Shown here piece by piece: positions 11,796 through 22,594 of a DNA stretch of 64,000 bases. The DNA is taken from NCBI GenBank assembly GCA_964291495.2, contig OZ219871.1:1592922-1656921 (forward strand), given 5' to 3'. How positions within the stretch are numbered: the stretch's first letter is position 1; each line of letters starts with the position of its first letter. Under the pieces are notes generated by a model, which saw only the letters and a list, made by a program, of their open reading frames with translations, searched no databases and had not been told where the DNA came from. The position numbers were made by a program, and so were the translations under genes. The DNA is from Dehalococcoidia bacterium. Its GTDB lineage: Bacteria > Chloroflexota > Dehalococcoidia > UBA2979.

Positions 11796-11902
11796 CAACT
11801 GCGCACAGTGATGGAGCACGGAACGTCGCACGGCACGGAGGGCGGCCCGGCGAGGATGCTGGATCGCCCCTCAACCAAGCGAGCGAGAGGGAGTGGACAC
11901 GC

Positions 11903-13525
<1,623 letters not shown>

Positions 13526-13545
13526 CCCCGACTCAGGGCTCCAAC

Positions 13546-13578
13546 CCACGAGGGGCCGGCATCGCCGGCCCCTCGTGG
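13546..13578. terminator. Strong hairpin between convergent groEL and MFS genes
   Basis: CCACGAGGGGCCGGC-ATC-GCCGGCCCCTCGTGG perfect 15-bp stem; no U tract. Confidence 0.7.
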
Positions 13579-13601
13579 CGTCCGGGGGCAGGTGCTGTGG
13601 A

Positions 13602-15089
13602 TCAGTGCGCCTCCCACCAAGAACCCGGCGCCTCGCCGGATTCGCGGGGGCGGCGGCCGATCAGCCAGGTGAGGACGCCGGCGGCGACCATCACGAGGGC
13701 GGCGACGGCCCAGACCTCGCGGAAGGTCGCGACCTGCGCCTCGGCGACCAGCGCCGTGAACTCCGGCGACCCGAACTCGATCGCGCCCGCCCGCGCGTAG
13801 AAGCGGCCGAGGCCGTTCGAGGTCAGCAGCGCCGCGCCGACCAGCATCCCCGCGACGCGGCTGAGCGTGAGCCAGGAGGCCGCCGTCGCGCGCTCGCCCT
13901 CGCGGACCTGGGCGAGGACGGCGGCGCTGAGCGGCGCGATCACGAGGCCGAAGCCGAAGCCGCCGGCGAGCTGCGGGAGGCTGCGCCAGGCCTCGCTCAG
14001 CTCGCGATCCCAGGCGAGTAGCCCGGCGAAGCCGAGCGCGCCGAGCCACATCCCGATCGTCGCCGTCGCGCGCAGGCCGATCCGGCCCGCCAGCCAGCCG
14101 CCGGCGAGCGCGCCGGCCGGCACGGCGATCGTGAAGCGCAGCAGCGTCAGGCCTCCGTCGATCGGGCTCTCCACCAGTACGAGGTTCACGAACAGCGGGA
14201 CGCTGATCAGCATCGTGATCAGCCCGCCGCCGAGCAGCAGCGTCGCCGCGTTCGAGGCCCAGGCCGCGCGCGGCCGGAACATCGCCAGCCTCAGCATCGG
14301 CTCGGGCGCGGCGCGCTGGCGCAGCAGGAAGGCGGCGCCCAGCGCCGCGACCACCGCGAACAGCAGCAGGGTCAGCGGCCAGGCGCGGCGCTCGAGCGGA
14401 TCGTCGGCGAGGGTGATCGCGAGCAGCGCGAGGCCGAGCGCGAGCAGCGCCGCGCCGGGCCAGTCGATCGCGCCGCCAGCGCGCTCGCGTCCGGCCCAGC
14501 GCCAGGCGCCGAGCATGAAGGGCAGCGAGAGCGGGAGGTTGATCCAGAACACCCAGCGCCAGCCCAGCAGCTCCGTGATCGCGCCGCCCCAGAGCGGTCC
14601 GACGAGCGCCCCCGCCTCCGAGGCGGCGGCGATCGCGCCGAGGCCGAGCAGGCGCCGCCCGGGCGGCAGCTCCGTGACGACGATCGCCATCGCCACCGGC
14701 ACGACCGCGCCGCCGCCGACGGCCTGGAGCGCCCTCGATGCGACGAGCCACTCGAAGCCGGGCGCGGCGGCGACGAGCGCGCTGCCCACCATGAACACCA
14801 CCAGCGAGGCCGCGTAGATGCGCGCGTGCCCGTACACGTCGGCGATGCGCCCGACGATCGGCAGCGCCGCGATGTAACCGATCAGGTAGCCGTTGACGAC
14901 CCAGGAGGCGAGGTAGAGATCGTCGACGGTGAGGCCGATGTCGCCGATCAGCGTGGGCAGCACGGTGACGACGGCGGTCTGGTCGTCGGCGGCGATGAAG
15001 ACGCCGCCCGCGACCGCGATCAGCAGCCAGGTTCCTCGCCGGTCCCGCTCCTTGGGCGAAGCGCCGTGCGCCTCAGCGCGGCGGGACAA
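13602..15089 (-). CDS. MFS transporter, P55/Rv1410c-like (DHA2)
   Basis: Multi-TM; D.T.VVT..W.V..YL.GYIAALP..GR..D and SR..GML.G.A.L...GL.RF segments resemble mycobacterial P55. Confidence 0.8.
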   Translation of the reverse strand: MSRRAEAHGASPKERDRRGTWLLIAVAGGVFIAADDQTAVVTVLPTLIGDIGLTVDDLYLASWVVNGYLIGYIAALPIVGRIADVYGHARIYAASLVVFMVGSALVAAAPGFEWLVASRALQAVGGGAVVPVAMAIVVTELPPGRRLLGLGAIAAASEAGALVGPLWGGAITELLGWRWVFWINLPLSLPFMLGAWRWAGRERAGGAIDWPGAALLALGLALLAITLADDPLERRAWPLTLLLFAVVAALGAAFLLRQRAAPEPMLRLAMFRPRAAWASNAATLLLGGGLITMLISVPLFVNLVLVESPIDGGLTLLRFTIAVPAGALAGGWLAGRIGLRATATIGMWLGALGFAGLLAWDRELSEAWRSLPQLAGGFGFGLVIAPLSAAVLAQVREGERATAASWLTLSRVAGMLVGAALLTSNGLGRFYARAGAIEFGSPEFTALVAEAQVATFREVWAVAALVMVAAGVLTWLIGRRPRESGEAPGSWWEAH

Positions 15090-15795
15090 TGTCCACGTCC
15101 TGATCGAAGTTGCTCAGGTCGAGCCGCCGCACGATCGTGTCGAGCTCGCTGGCGCTGATCGGCCCGTACAGCTCGATGCGGTGCACGAGTGGGTCGTCGA
15201 CGCCGATCCAGACCTTCGCCCTGACCTCGAACCCCGCCTCGACGCCCCGGAAGAAGACCAGCTCGCCGGAGTCGGTGCTCGCCTCGACGACCCAGCAGTC
15301 GGCGCCGCGGAGGCTCTCGCGATCACCGAGGGCGGTCGCGGTCGCCGTGCGCATCAGGGCGACGGCGCCCTGCTGCGGGTCGAAGAGCGCGCTGACGGTG
15401 ATCTCCTCGCGCTGCCAGCGTTGGGTGAGCGGGTTGCGGAGCCAGCCCTGGTCGGGGAGCACCACGATGCCGGTCTCGAACGCGAGCGTGCCGAGGCGGC
15501 CGTCGATCTCCGCCTGCAGCCGATCCTCGCCGGCGATGTCGCCCTCGGCGCGCACCATCTCGATGCCCTGCACGATCTCGCTCGTGCCGTTCTCGTGTTC
15601 GAGCACGAAGTGGAACTTCTCGACGGCGCCCATGCGGTCGGCGGCGGCGAGCATCAGCTGGGCGGGGTCCGGCAGTGCCTCGGTCGGCGTCGGCGTCGGC
15701 GTCGGGGCTGGCTCCTCCTCGCCCGGGCAGGCGACGAGCAGCAGCGCGGTCGCCACGAGGACGGCGAGCGCCGCGAGGCGCGCGCGGGCGCTCAC
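15073..15795 (-). CDS. LppX/LprAFG-family lipoprotein
   Basis: Lipobox LVAC, Pro/Thr linker, FHFVL..AEGD..LFDP..G..KVWIG..V.I.PP pattern; directly upstream of P55-like MFS. Confidence 0.75.
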   Translation of the reverse strand: MSARARLAALAVLVATALLLVACPGEEEPAPTPTPTPTEALPDPAQLMLAAADRMGAVEKFHFVLEHENGTSEIVQGIEMVRAEGDIAGEDRLQAEIDGRLGTLAFETGIVVLPDQGWLRNPLTQRWQREEITVSALFDPQQGAVALMRTATATALGDRESLRGADCWVVEASTDSGELVFFRGVEAGFEVRAKVWIGVDDPLVHRIELYGPISASELDTIVRRLDLSNFDQDVDIVPPR

Positions 15796-16844
15796 CGCGC
15801 CACCACCAGCGGCGGCCCGGCCTCGGCGCGCCCGATTCGCCAGCAGCCGCCCGTCTGCGCCTCGATCTCGAGCCGCAATGCCTCAGCGCCGTCCGCGGGC
15901 AGCGCGATCAGCAGGCCGCCCGAGGTCTGCGGGTCGTACAGCAGATCGATGATCGCGTCGGACGGATCGCCCTCGATTCGGACGCGATCGCCGAGGCCGT
16001 CGCGGTTGCGCGCGCCGCCGCCCGTCGCGCCGCCGAGTTCGGCGAAGCGCTCCGCGCCGGGCAGCAGCGGCAGCGCGGCGAGGTCGAGGGCGAGCGTGAC
16101 GCCGCTCTGCGAGGCGATCTCGGCGGCGTGGCCGGCGAGCCCGAAGCCCGTCACGTCCGTCATCGCGTGCACGCCCGCCGCCCGCGCGAGGTGCGCGGCG
16201 TGGCGGTTGAGCTGCGTCATCGAGGCGACCGCGGCCTCGAGGCCTTCCTCGAAGCCGTCGCGCTGCTGCCCGGCGGCGCTCATCACGATGCCGGTGCCGA
16301 GCGGCTTGGTCAGCAGCAGCGCGTCGCCGGGCTGCGCGCCACTGGTCCGGATCACGGCGTCCGGGTGGATCACGCCCATCACGGACAGCCCGTACTTCGG
16401 CTCCGCGTCGATCACCGTGTGGCCGCCGGCGATCACGCCGCCGGCCTCGGCGACGGCGTCCGCGCCGCCTCGGAAGATCTCGGCGAGCAGCGAGGGGTCG
16501 AGGTCGTCCGGGAAGGCGGCGATGTTCAGCGCGAGGCGCACCTCGCCGCCCATCGCGTAGACGTCGGACATCGCGTTCGCAGCGGCGATGCGGCCGTAGT
16601 CGTAGGGGTCGTCGACGACCGGCGGGAAGAAGTCGAGCGTCTGGATCACCGCGAGATCGTCGCTCAGCCGGTAGATCGCGGCGTCATCCGGGCGCGCGAG
16701 GCCGACGAGCAGCTCCGGGTGCTCGTTCGCGGCGAACGTCTCCTGCAGCGGGCGCAGCACCTGCGCCAGGGTCGAGAGACCCAGCTTGCCCGCTCAGCCG
16801 CCGCAGGATGCGAGGTCGGTGAGCCGAATCTGCTCCCGAGTCAC
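15792..16844 (-). CDS. selD: Selenide, water dikinase SelD, selenocysteine-containing (UGA at 16796-16794, residue 17)
   Basis: Reading through TGA gives MTREQIRLTDLASCGGUAGKLG, the canonical SelD N-terminus; DDAA, TLDFFPP, AANAMSDVYAMGG, DVTGFGL, DPQTSGGLL. Confidence 0.95.
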
Positions 16845-16948
16845 GCCCGGACCTCCGTCCCGCCTCGGCGCGATCGCGCCGTGCGGGACCATCCTACGAC
16901 GGGCGCGGGCGCTACGATGGCCGCCGCAGCGGATCTTCGGGAGGAGAC

Positions 16949-17635
16949 GTGGTGGCTGGAGCGCAGTGGCGGCCATCCGAGCTGATCGCGATCCTCGGTG
17001 AGGCGTACGGGCGCGTCGAGGCGCGCCCGCACCACGACGCGATCTCCGAGCTGGTGCTGACCCTGCTCTCGCAGAACACCTCGGACCACAACTCCGGCCA
17101 CGCCTTCCACCGCCTGCTCGAGCGCTTTGCGAGCTGGGACGAGGTGATCGACGCGCCGACGTCCGAGGTGGAGGACGCGATCCGCCCGGGCGGGCTCGCG
17201 CCGACGAAGGCGCCGCGCATCCAGGCCCTGCTCGCCGAGGTGCGCGAGCAGGCCCCCGGCTACGACCTCGGATTCCTCGAGACGATGTCGCTGGAGGAGG
17301 CCAAGGCGTGGCTGCGCGCGCTGCCGGGCGTGGGTCCGAAGACGGCGGCGATCGTGCTGCTGTTCGCCCTCGGACGGCCCGCGCTGCCGGTCGACACGCA
17401 CGTCGAACGAGTGGCGAAGCGCCTCGGCCTCGCCCCCGCTCGCATGCCGGTCGTGAAGGTGCACGACGAGCTGGAGGCGCAGCTCGAGCCGGGCGAGATG
17501 TATCCCTTCCACGTCGACCTGATCCAGCACGGCCGCCGCACCTGCCACGCCCGCTCACCCGGCTGCGGGCGCTGCCTGCTGCTGGAGCGCTGCCCGCGCG
17601 TCGGGCTGCCGCCCCTTCCCGGCGAGGGCGCGTAG
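16949..17635 (+). CDS. nth: Endonuclease III-family HhH-GPD glycosylase
   Basis: LLSQNTSD, LPGVGPKTA, PVDTHV, C-x6-C-x2-C-x5-C Fe-S motif. Confidence 0.85.
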   Translation: MVAGAQWRPSELIAILGEAYGRVEARPHHDAISELVLTLLSQNTSDHNSGHAFHRLLERFASWDEVIDAPTSEVEDAIRPGGLAPTKAPRIQALLAEVREQAPGYDLGFLETMSLEEAKAWLRALPGVGPKTAAIVLLFALGRPALPVDTHVERVAKRLGLAPARMPVVKVHDELEAQLEPGEMYPFHVDLIQHGRRTCHARSPGCGRCLLLERCPRVGLPPLPGEGA

Positions 17636-17715
17636 CGTCCCCGGCGCTCGCTCTGTCGCCCGCTGTCGAAGCCTCGGATACACTCGCCGATCGGACCGAA
17701 GTGAGGGATCCGGGC

Positions 17716-18948
17716 GTGGTAGACGTCGACTCGCAACCGCAGCTGGAGGAGCTTCCGGGCGGCCTGACCGCGCCCGCGGGCTGGACCGCCGGAGGCACGT
17801 ACACCGGCATCCGCAGCTACGGCCCGGAGCCGCGCTTCGACCTCGGACTGCTGCTCTCCGAGCGGCCGGCGACCGCCGCCGCGCTCTTCACCCGCAACGC
17901 CGTCGTCGGCGCCCCGGTCACGCTCACGCGCGCGCGCGTCGCGCGAGGCGTCGCGCGGGCCCTCGTCGTCAACTCGGGCAACTCGAACGTCGCCACCGGC
18001 GCGGCCGGCGAGGCCGACGCGGAGCGCATGGCGGAGCTCGCGGCGGCGGCGCTCGGCGTCGATCCGGCCGACGTGCTCGTCGCCTCGACCGGCGTGATCG
18101 GCCGCCGCCTGCCGATGGACCGCATCGAGGCCGGCATCGCCGCCGTCGAGCTGAGCCGCGAGGGCGGCGCGCAGTTCGCGCGCGCGATGATGACGACCGA
18201 CACGCGCCCCAAGGAGCACGCGCTGCGCGTCGAGGCGGGCGGACGCGCCTACATCGTGGGTGGCGCGGCCAAGGGCGCGGGCATGATCCACCCGGACATG
18301 GCGACGATGTTCGGCTTCCTCACCACCGACGCCCCGGTCGAGCGCGACTGGCTGCAGGACACCCTCCGCGAGGTCACCGACCGCTCCTTCAACATGATCG
18401 ACGTGGACATGGACACCTCCACCTCGGACATGGTGATCGCCCTCGCGAACGGCGCCGCAGGCGGCGAGCCGATCGCCGCCGGGCACCCCGCCGCCGCGCC
18501 GCTGGCGAGCGCCATCGAGGCGGTCGCGGTGCGGCTCGCGCGCGAGCTGGCGCGCGACGGCGAGGGCGCGCGCACGCTGATCGAGGTGGTCGCGGAGGGG
18601 GCGGCCTCGGACGCGGACGCGCGGATCGCGGCCCGCACGATCAGCGCCTCGCCGCTCGTCAAGACGATGATCACCGGCCGCGACCCGAACTGGGGCCGCG
18701 TGCTGATGGCGGCCGGCCGCTCCGGCGCGGCGCTCGACCTCGACCGTACCGAGGTCTGGATCGGCGAGTTCTGCGCCTTCGAGCAGGGCGCGCCGACCGC
18801 GACGCCGGAGGCCGACATCTCCGCGGCGATGGACCGCGACGAGGTCCAGATCCGCATCGACCTCGGCTGCGGCGAGGCGAGCGCGACCGCCTGGGGCTGC
18901 GATCTGACCGAGGAGTACGTGCGCATCAACGCGGACTACACGACATGA
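17716..18948 (+). CDS. argJ: Ornithine acetyltransferase ArgJ
   Basis: NSGNSN, STGVIG, MTTDT, KGAGMIHPDMATM, DTSTSD, DGEGA, YVRINADYTT; start approximate. Confidence 0.95.
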   Translation: MVDVDSQPQLEELPGGLTAPAGWTAGGTYTGIRSYGPEPRFDLGLLLSERPATAAALFTRNAVVGAPVTLTRARVARGVARALVVNSGNSNVATGAAGEADAERMAELAAAALGVDPADVLVASTGVIGRRLPMDRIEAGIAAVELSREGGAQFARAMMTTDTRPKEHALRVEAGGRAYIVGGAAKGAGMIHPDMATMFGFLTTDAPVERDWLQDTLREVTDRSFNMIDVDMDTSTSDMVIALANGAAGGEPIAAGHPAAAPLASAIEAVAVRLARELARDGEGARTLIEVVAEGAASDADARIAARTISASPLVKTMITGRDPNWGRVLMAAGRSGAALDLDRTEVWIGEFCAFEQGAPTATPEADISAAMDRDEVQIRIDLGCGEASATAWGCDLTEEYVRINADYTT

Positions 18949-19727
18949 GCTCCGCCGCGTCCGGGCAGGGCCCCATCGTGGTCAAGATCGGCGGCTCCAC
19001 GCTCGGCGACGAGGACACCACGCTCGAGGACGTCGTCGCCCTGCGCGCGCGGGGTGAGCGCGTCGTCGTCGTGCATGGCGGCGGCGCGATGATCACGGAC
19101 TGGCTCGACCGCCTCGAGGTGCCCTCGGTGTTCATCGAGGGGCTGCGATCGACGAGCGAGGAGGCGCTGGACGTGGTGATCGGCGTGCTGCGTGGCGTGG
19201 TCAACACGCGCTTCGTCGCCGCGATCGAGCGCCTCGGCGGCAGCGCGACGGGCGTCTCCGGCGTGGACGGCGGGCTGGTCCAGGCGCGCCGGAACGACGA
19301 GCGGCTCGGCTTCGTCGGCGAGGTGACGGGCATCGACGGCGAGGCGCTGGGCGCGCTCCTCGAGGGCGACGCGACGCCCGTGATCGCGCCGATCGGGCTG
19401 GAGCCGCCGGGGCAGCCGCTGAACATCAACGCCGACACCGTCGCCGGGGAGATCGCGCGCGCCGCCGGCGCGGGCAGCCTGGTCTTCCTCACCGACGTCG
19501 ACGGGGTGCTCGATGGCGACGGAACGCTGGTCGAGGAGCTCGACGCGTCGGGCGCGGCCGCGCTGCGCGAAGCGGGCATCCTGGACGGTGGTATGATTCC
19601 GAAGATCGACGCCGCCCTCCGCGCCGCGGAGCGCGGTGTTGTGGCGCATGTGGCCAATGGCCGCCTTCCGCATACACTGGAACGGATCGCCTCCGGGGAG
19701 GCCCCGGGCACGCGAGTGAGGAGCTGA
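18945..19727 (+). CDS. argB: Acetylglutamate kinase
   Basis: VVKIGG, VHGGG, NINADTVA, LTDVDG, GGMIPKI. Confidence 0.95.
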   Translation: MSSAASGQGPIVVKIGGSTLGDEDTTLEDVVALRARGERVVVVHGGGAMITDWLDRLEVPSVFIEGLRSTSEEALDVVIGVLRGVVNTRFVAAIERLGGSATGVSGVDGGLVQARRNDERLGFVGEVTGIDGEALGALLEGDATPVIAPIGLEPPGQPLNINADTVAGEIARAAGAGSLVFLTDVDGVLDGDGTLVEELDASGAAALREAGILDGGMIPKIDAALRAAERGVVAHVANGRLPHTLERIASGEAPGTRVRS

Positions 19728-19729
19728 AA

Positions 19730-22519
19730 CTGGGCTTCTTCGACGACCGCGACGACCGCGATGATCTGGGCCCGCCGCCCGAACCGTTCCGCATCGGCGG
19801 ATCGGGCTTCCGCTCCCCCGTGCCCCTGCGCTGGGTCGGTGTCGCCGCCGCGTTCGTCGTGCTGTTCGTCGTCGCCAGCTGGGCGAAGTCGATCTACGTC
19901 GACTTCCTCTGGTTCGAGTCGGTCGAGTACGAGGGCAACTTCCGGCGCGTCCTGACGGCGCGCATCGCGCTGCTCGCGATCGGCACCGTCGTCTCCGCGC
20001 TCGTGCTCGGGCTCAACCTCTGGCTGGCCCGCCGCCTCGCCCCGCAGGGCGTCGAGGAATCGTTCATCGAGGACATCGACGCGACGGCGATCCGCCGCGT
20101 CGTCACGGTCGGTCTGACGGCGCTGACGATCTTCATCGCGATCATCTTCGGCGGCGTGGCGGCGGGGTCGTGGGAGACGATCCTGATCTGGCTCAACGGC
20201 GTGGAGTTCGGCATCGAGGAACCGGCGTTCGGGCGCGACGTCTCCTTCTACCTCTTCACCCTGCCGGCCTACCACCTGATCCAGGGCTGGGTGCTCTCGC
20301 TGCTGGTGCTCTCCGTGCTGGGGGCGGGCGCGGTCTACGGGCTGACGTTCTCCTTGCAGCGCTTCGAGGTGCGCATGACGCGCGGGATGCGCATCCACCT
20401 CTCGCTGCTTGGCGGGCTGATCCTGCTCGTGATCGCCTTTGGATCGTACCTCGGCGTGTTCGACCTCGTGACTTCGCCGGGCGGGATCGTGACGGGGGCG
20501 ACGTTCACGGACATCAACGCGCGGCTGCCGGCGCGCTACGTGCTGGTCGCGCTCGGGGCCGTCGCCGGGCTGGTCACGATCGCCAACTCGGTGCTCAGCA
20601 ACAGCTGGCGCGCGCCCGCCTTCTTCGTCAGCCTCTGGGTGGTTGCCGGCATCGTCGGCGGGCTCATCTACCCCTCCTTCGTCCAGTCCTTCCAGGTCGA
20701 CCCCAACGAGCTGGAGAAGGAGCAGCGCTTCATCGGCCGCAACATCGAGGGCACCCGCCTCGCCTGGGGTCTCAACGAGGTCGTCGAGACCACCTTCCCC
20801 GCCGAGCCGTCCGTGACCGAGGCGGAGCTCAGCGCCAACCAGGCGACGCTCGACAATGTGCGGCTGCTCGACCCGCGGCCGATGCGAGACACGTTCAACC
20901 AGATCCAGTCGATCCGGCCGCTCTACCAGTTCGACGACATCGACGTCGATCGCTACACGATCAACGACAACTTGCAGCAGGTGATGCTGGCGCCGCGTGA
21001 ACTCGACCTGCGGCGCGCCACCCAGACCGGCGGGTCCGGCTGGACGCAGCAGAGGCTGCAGTTCACCCACGGCTACGGCGCGGTCGTCGCGCGTGTCAAC
21101 GAGGTCACGGACGAGGGCCTGCCGGTCCTCATCACCCGCGACATCCCGCCCGTCGGCGAGGACATTCCGATCTCGGAGAGCGGCGCCCGCATCTACTTCG
21201 GCGAGCTGACCAATCACTACGTGATCGTCAACACGAACGAGCCGGAGTTCGATTACCCGACGGGCGACACAACCGTCGAGACGTTCTACGAGCCGGATCG
21301 CGGCATCGCGCTCTCCAGCATCCTGCGGCGCTTCGCGCTGGCCTGGGAGCTGGGCGATCGGAACGTGCTGATCTCCGGTCAGCTGAACTCCGACTCGCGG
21401 TTGCTGATCCACCGCGCACTCGGCGACCGCATCCGCAAGGTGGCGCCGTTCCTCGAGCTGGATTCGGACCCCTACCTGGTGGTGATCGACGGCGAGCTGA
21501 CGTGGATCCAGGACGCCTACACGACGTCCGGGAGCTTCCCCTACTCGCAGCACGTCGGATCCATCAACTACGTGCGCAACAGCGTGAAGGTCGTCGTCGA
21601 CGCGCAGACCGGCGACCTGACCTTCTACCTGATCGACGAGGACGACCCGATCGTCCAGACGTGGGCGAAGATCTTCCCGGACATGTTCACGCCCTCCAGC
21701 GAGATGCCGCAGTCGCTCCGCCAGCACCTGCGCTACCCGGAGGACCTGTTCCGGCTGCAGGCCGAGCAGTACCTGCGCTACCACATCCAGGATCCCCGCA
21801 CCTTCTTCATCGGCGAGGACCTCTGGGCCGTGCCCACGGAGAAGTTCCGCCAGCAAGAGCAGCCGCTCGAGCCGTACTACGTGATCATGAAGCTGCCCGG
21901 CGAGGAGACCGAGGAGTTCTCGCTGATCCTGCCGTTCACGCCGCGCAACAAGCAGAACACCATCGCCTGGCTTGCCGGGCGCTCGGACGGCGACAACCTC
22001 GGCAAGCTGCGCGCCTACCGCTTCCCCACCGACGACCTCGTCTTCGGGCCGGCGCAGATCGAGGCGCGCATCGACCAGGATCCGGGCATCTCCGCGCAGC
22101 TCACGCTGTGGGAGGGCGCGGGCTCCGAGGTGATCCGCGGCAACCTGCTGATGATCCCGATCGGCGAGTCGTTCCTCTTCATCGAGCCGATCTATCTGCA
22201 GGCGGACAGCTCGCGCATTCCCGAACTGCGCCGCGTGGTGGTGGCGAACGGCAACAACATCGCCATGGAGCGGACCTTCGAGCGCTCGCTGGACGTGGTC
22301 TTCGGCCGCCGCGCGTCGAGCCTGCCGGGCAGCGACGGCACTATCGTGCCGCAGCCGGCGGGCGGCGGCGATGACTCCGGCGACGCCAGGCCGGTGGCGC
22401 CCTCGGGCGACTTCGACGAGTTGCTGCGCCAGGCGCAGGAGGCGGCGGACGCCGCCCAGGCGGAGCTGGACCGGCTGCGCGCGATCCTCGAGCGGCTCGA
22501 GCAGAGCGAGTCCCAGTAG
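19730..22519 (+). CDS. UPF0182 family membrane protein
   Basis: D.LWF.SV.Y, D.SFY.F.LP, PNE..KE..I.RNI..TR.A, YQF.DIDVDRY, THGYG, NYVRNSVK, RGNLL.IP; start either CTG 19730 or GTG 19820. Confidence 0.9.
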   Translation: MGFFDDRDDRDDLGPPPEPFRIGGSGFRSPVPLRWVGVAAAFVVLFVVASWAKSIYVDFLWFESVEYEGNFRRVLTARIALLAIGTVVSALVLGLNLWLARRLAPQGVEESFIEDIDATAIRRVVTVGLTALTIFIAIIFGGVAAGSWETILIWLNGVEFGIEEPAFGRDVSFYLFTLPAYHLIQGWVLSLLVLSVLGAGAVYGLTFSLQRFEVRMTRGMRIHLSLLGGLILLVIAFGSYLGVFDLVTSPGGIVTGATFTDINARLPARYVLVALGAVAGLVTIANSVLSNSWRAPAFFVSLWVVAGIVGGLIYPSFVQSFQVDPNELEKEQRFIGRNIEGTRLAWGLNEVVETTFPAEPSVTEAELSANQATLDNVRLLDPRPMRDTFNQIQSIRPLYQFDDIDVDRYTINDNLQQVMLAPRELDLRRATQTGGSGWTQQRLQFTHGYGAVVARVNEVTDEGLPVLITRDIPPVGEDIPISESGARIYFGELTNHYVIVNTNEPEFDYPTGDTTVETFYEPDRGIALSSILRRFALAWELGDRNVLISGQLNSDSRLLIHRALGDRIRKVAPFLELDSDPYLVVIDGELTWIQDAYTTSGSFPYSQHVGSINYVRNSVKVVVDAQTGDLTFYLIDEDDPIVQTWAKIFPDMFTPSSEMPQSLRQHLRYPEDLFRLQAEQYLRYHIQDPRTFFIGEDLWAVPTEKFRQQEQPLEPYYVIMKLPGEETEEFSLILPFTPRNKQNTIAWLAGRSDGDNLGKLRAYRFPTDDLVFGPAQIEARIDQDPGISAQLTLWEGAGSEVIRGNLLMIPIGESFLFIEPIYLQADSSRIPELRRVVVANGNNIAMERTFERSLDVVFGRRASSLPGSDGTIVPQPAGGGDDSGDARPVAPSGDFDELLRQAQEAADAAQAELDRLRAILERLEQSESQ

Positions 22520-22594
22520 CGCGCCGACAGACCGCGCCCGGCCGCACACGGACGGCGTGACGACAGCGGAAGCGATCAGCACGGGAGCGTACGC

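Noticed and set aside
17636-17715. ArgR boxes upstream of argJ
   Set aside because: No AT-rich TGCAT/ATGCA-type palindrome seen
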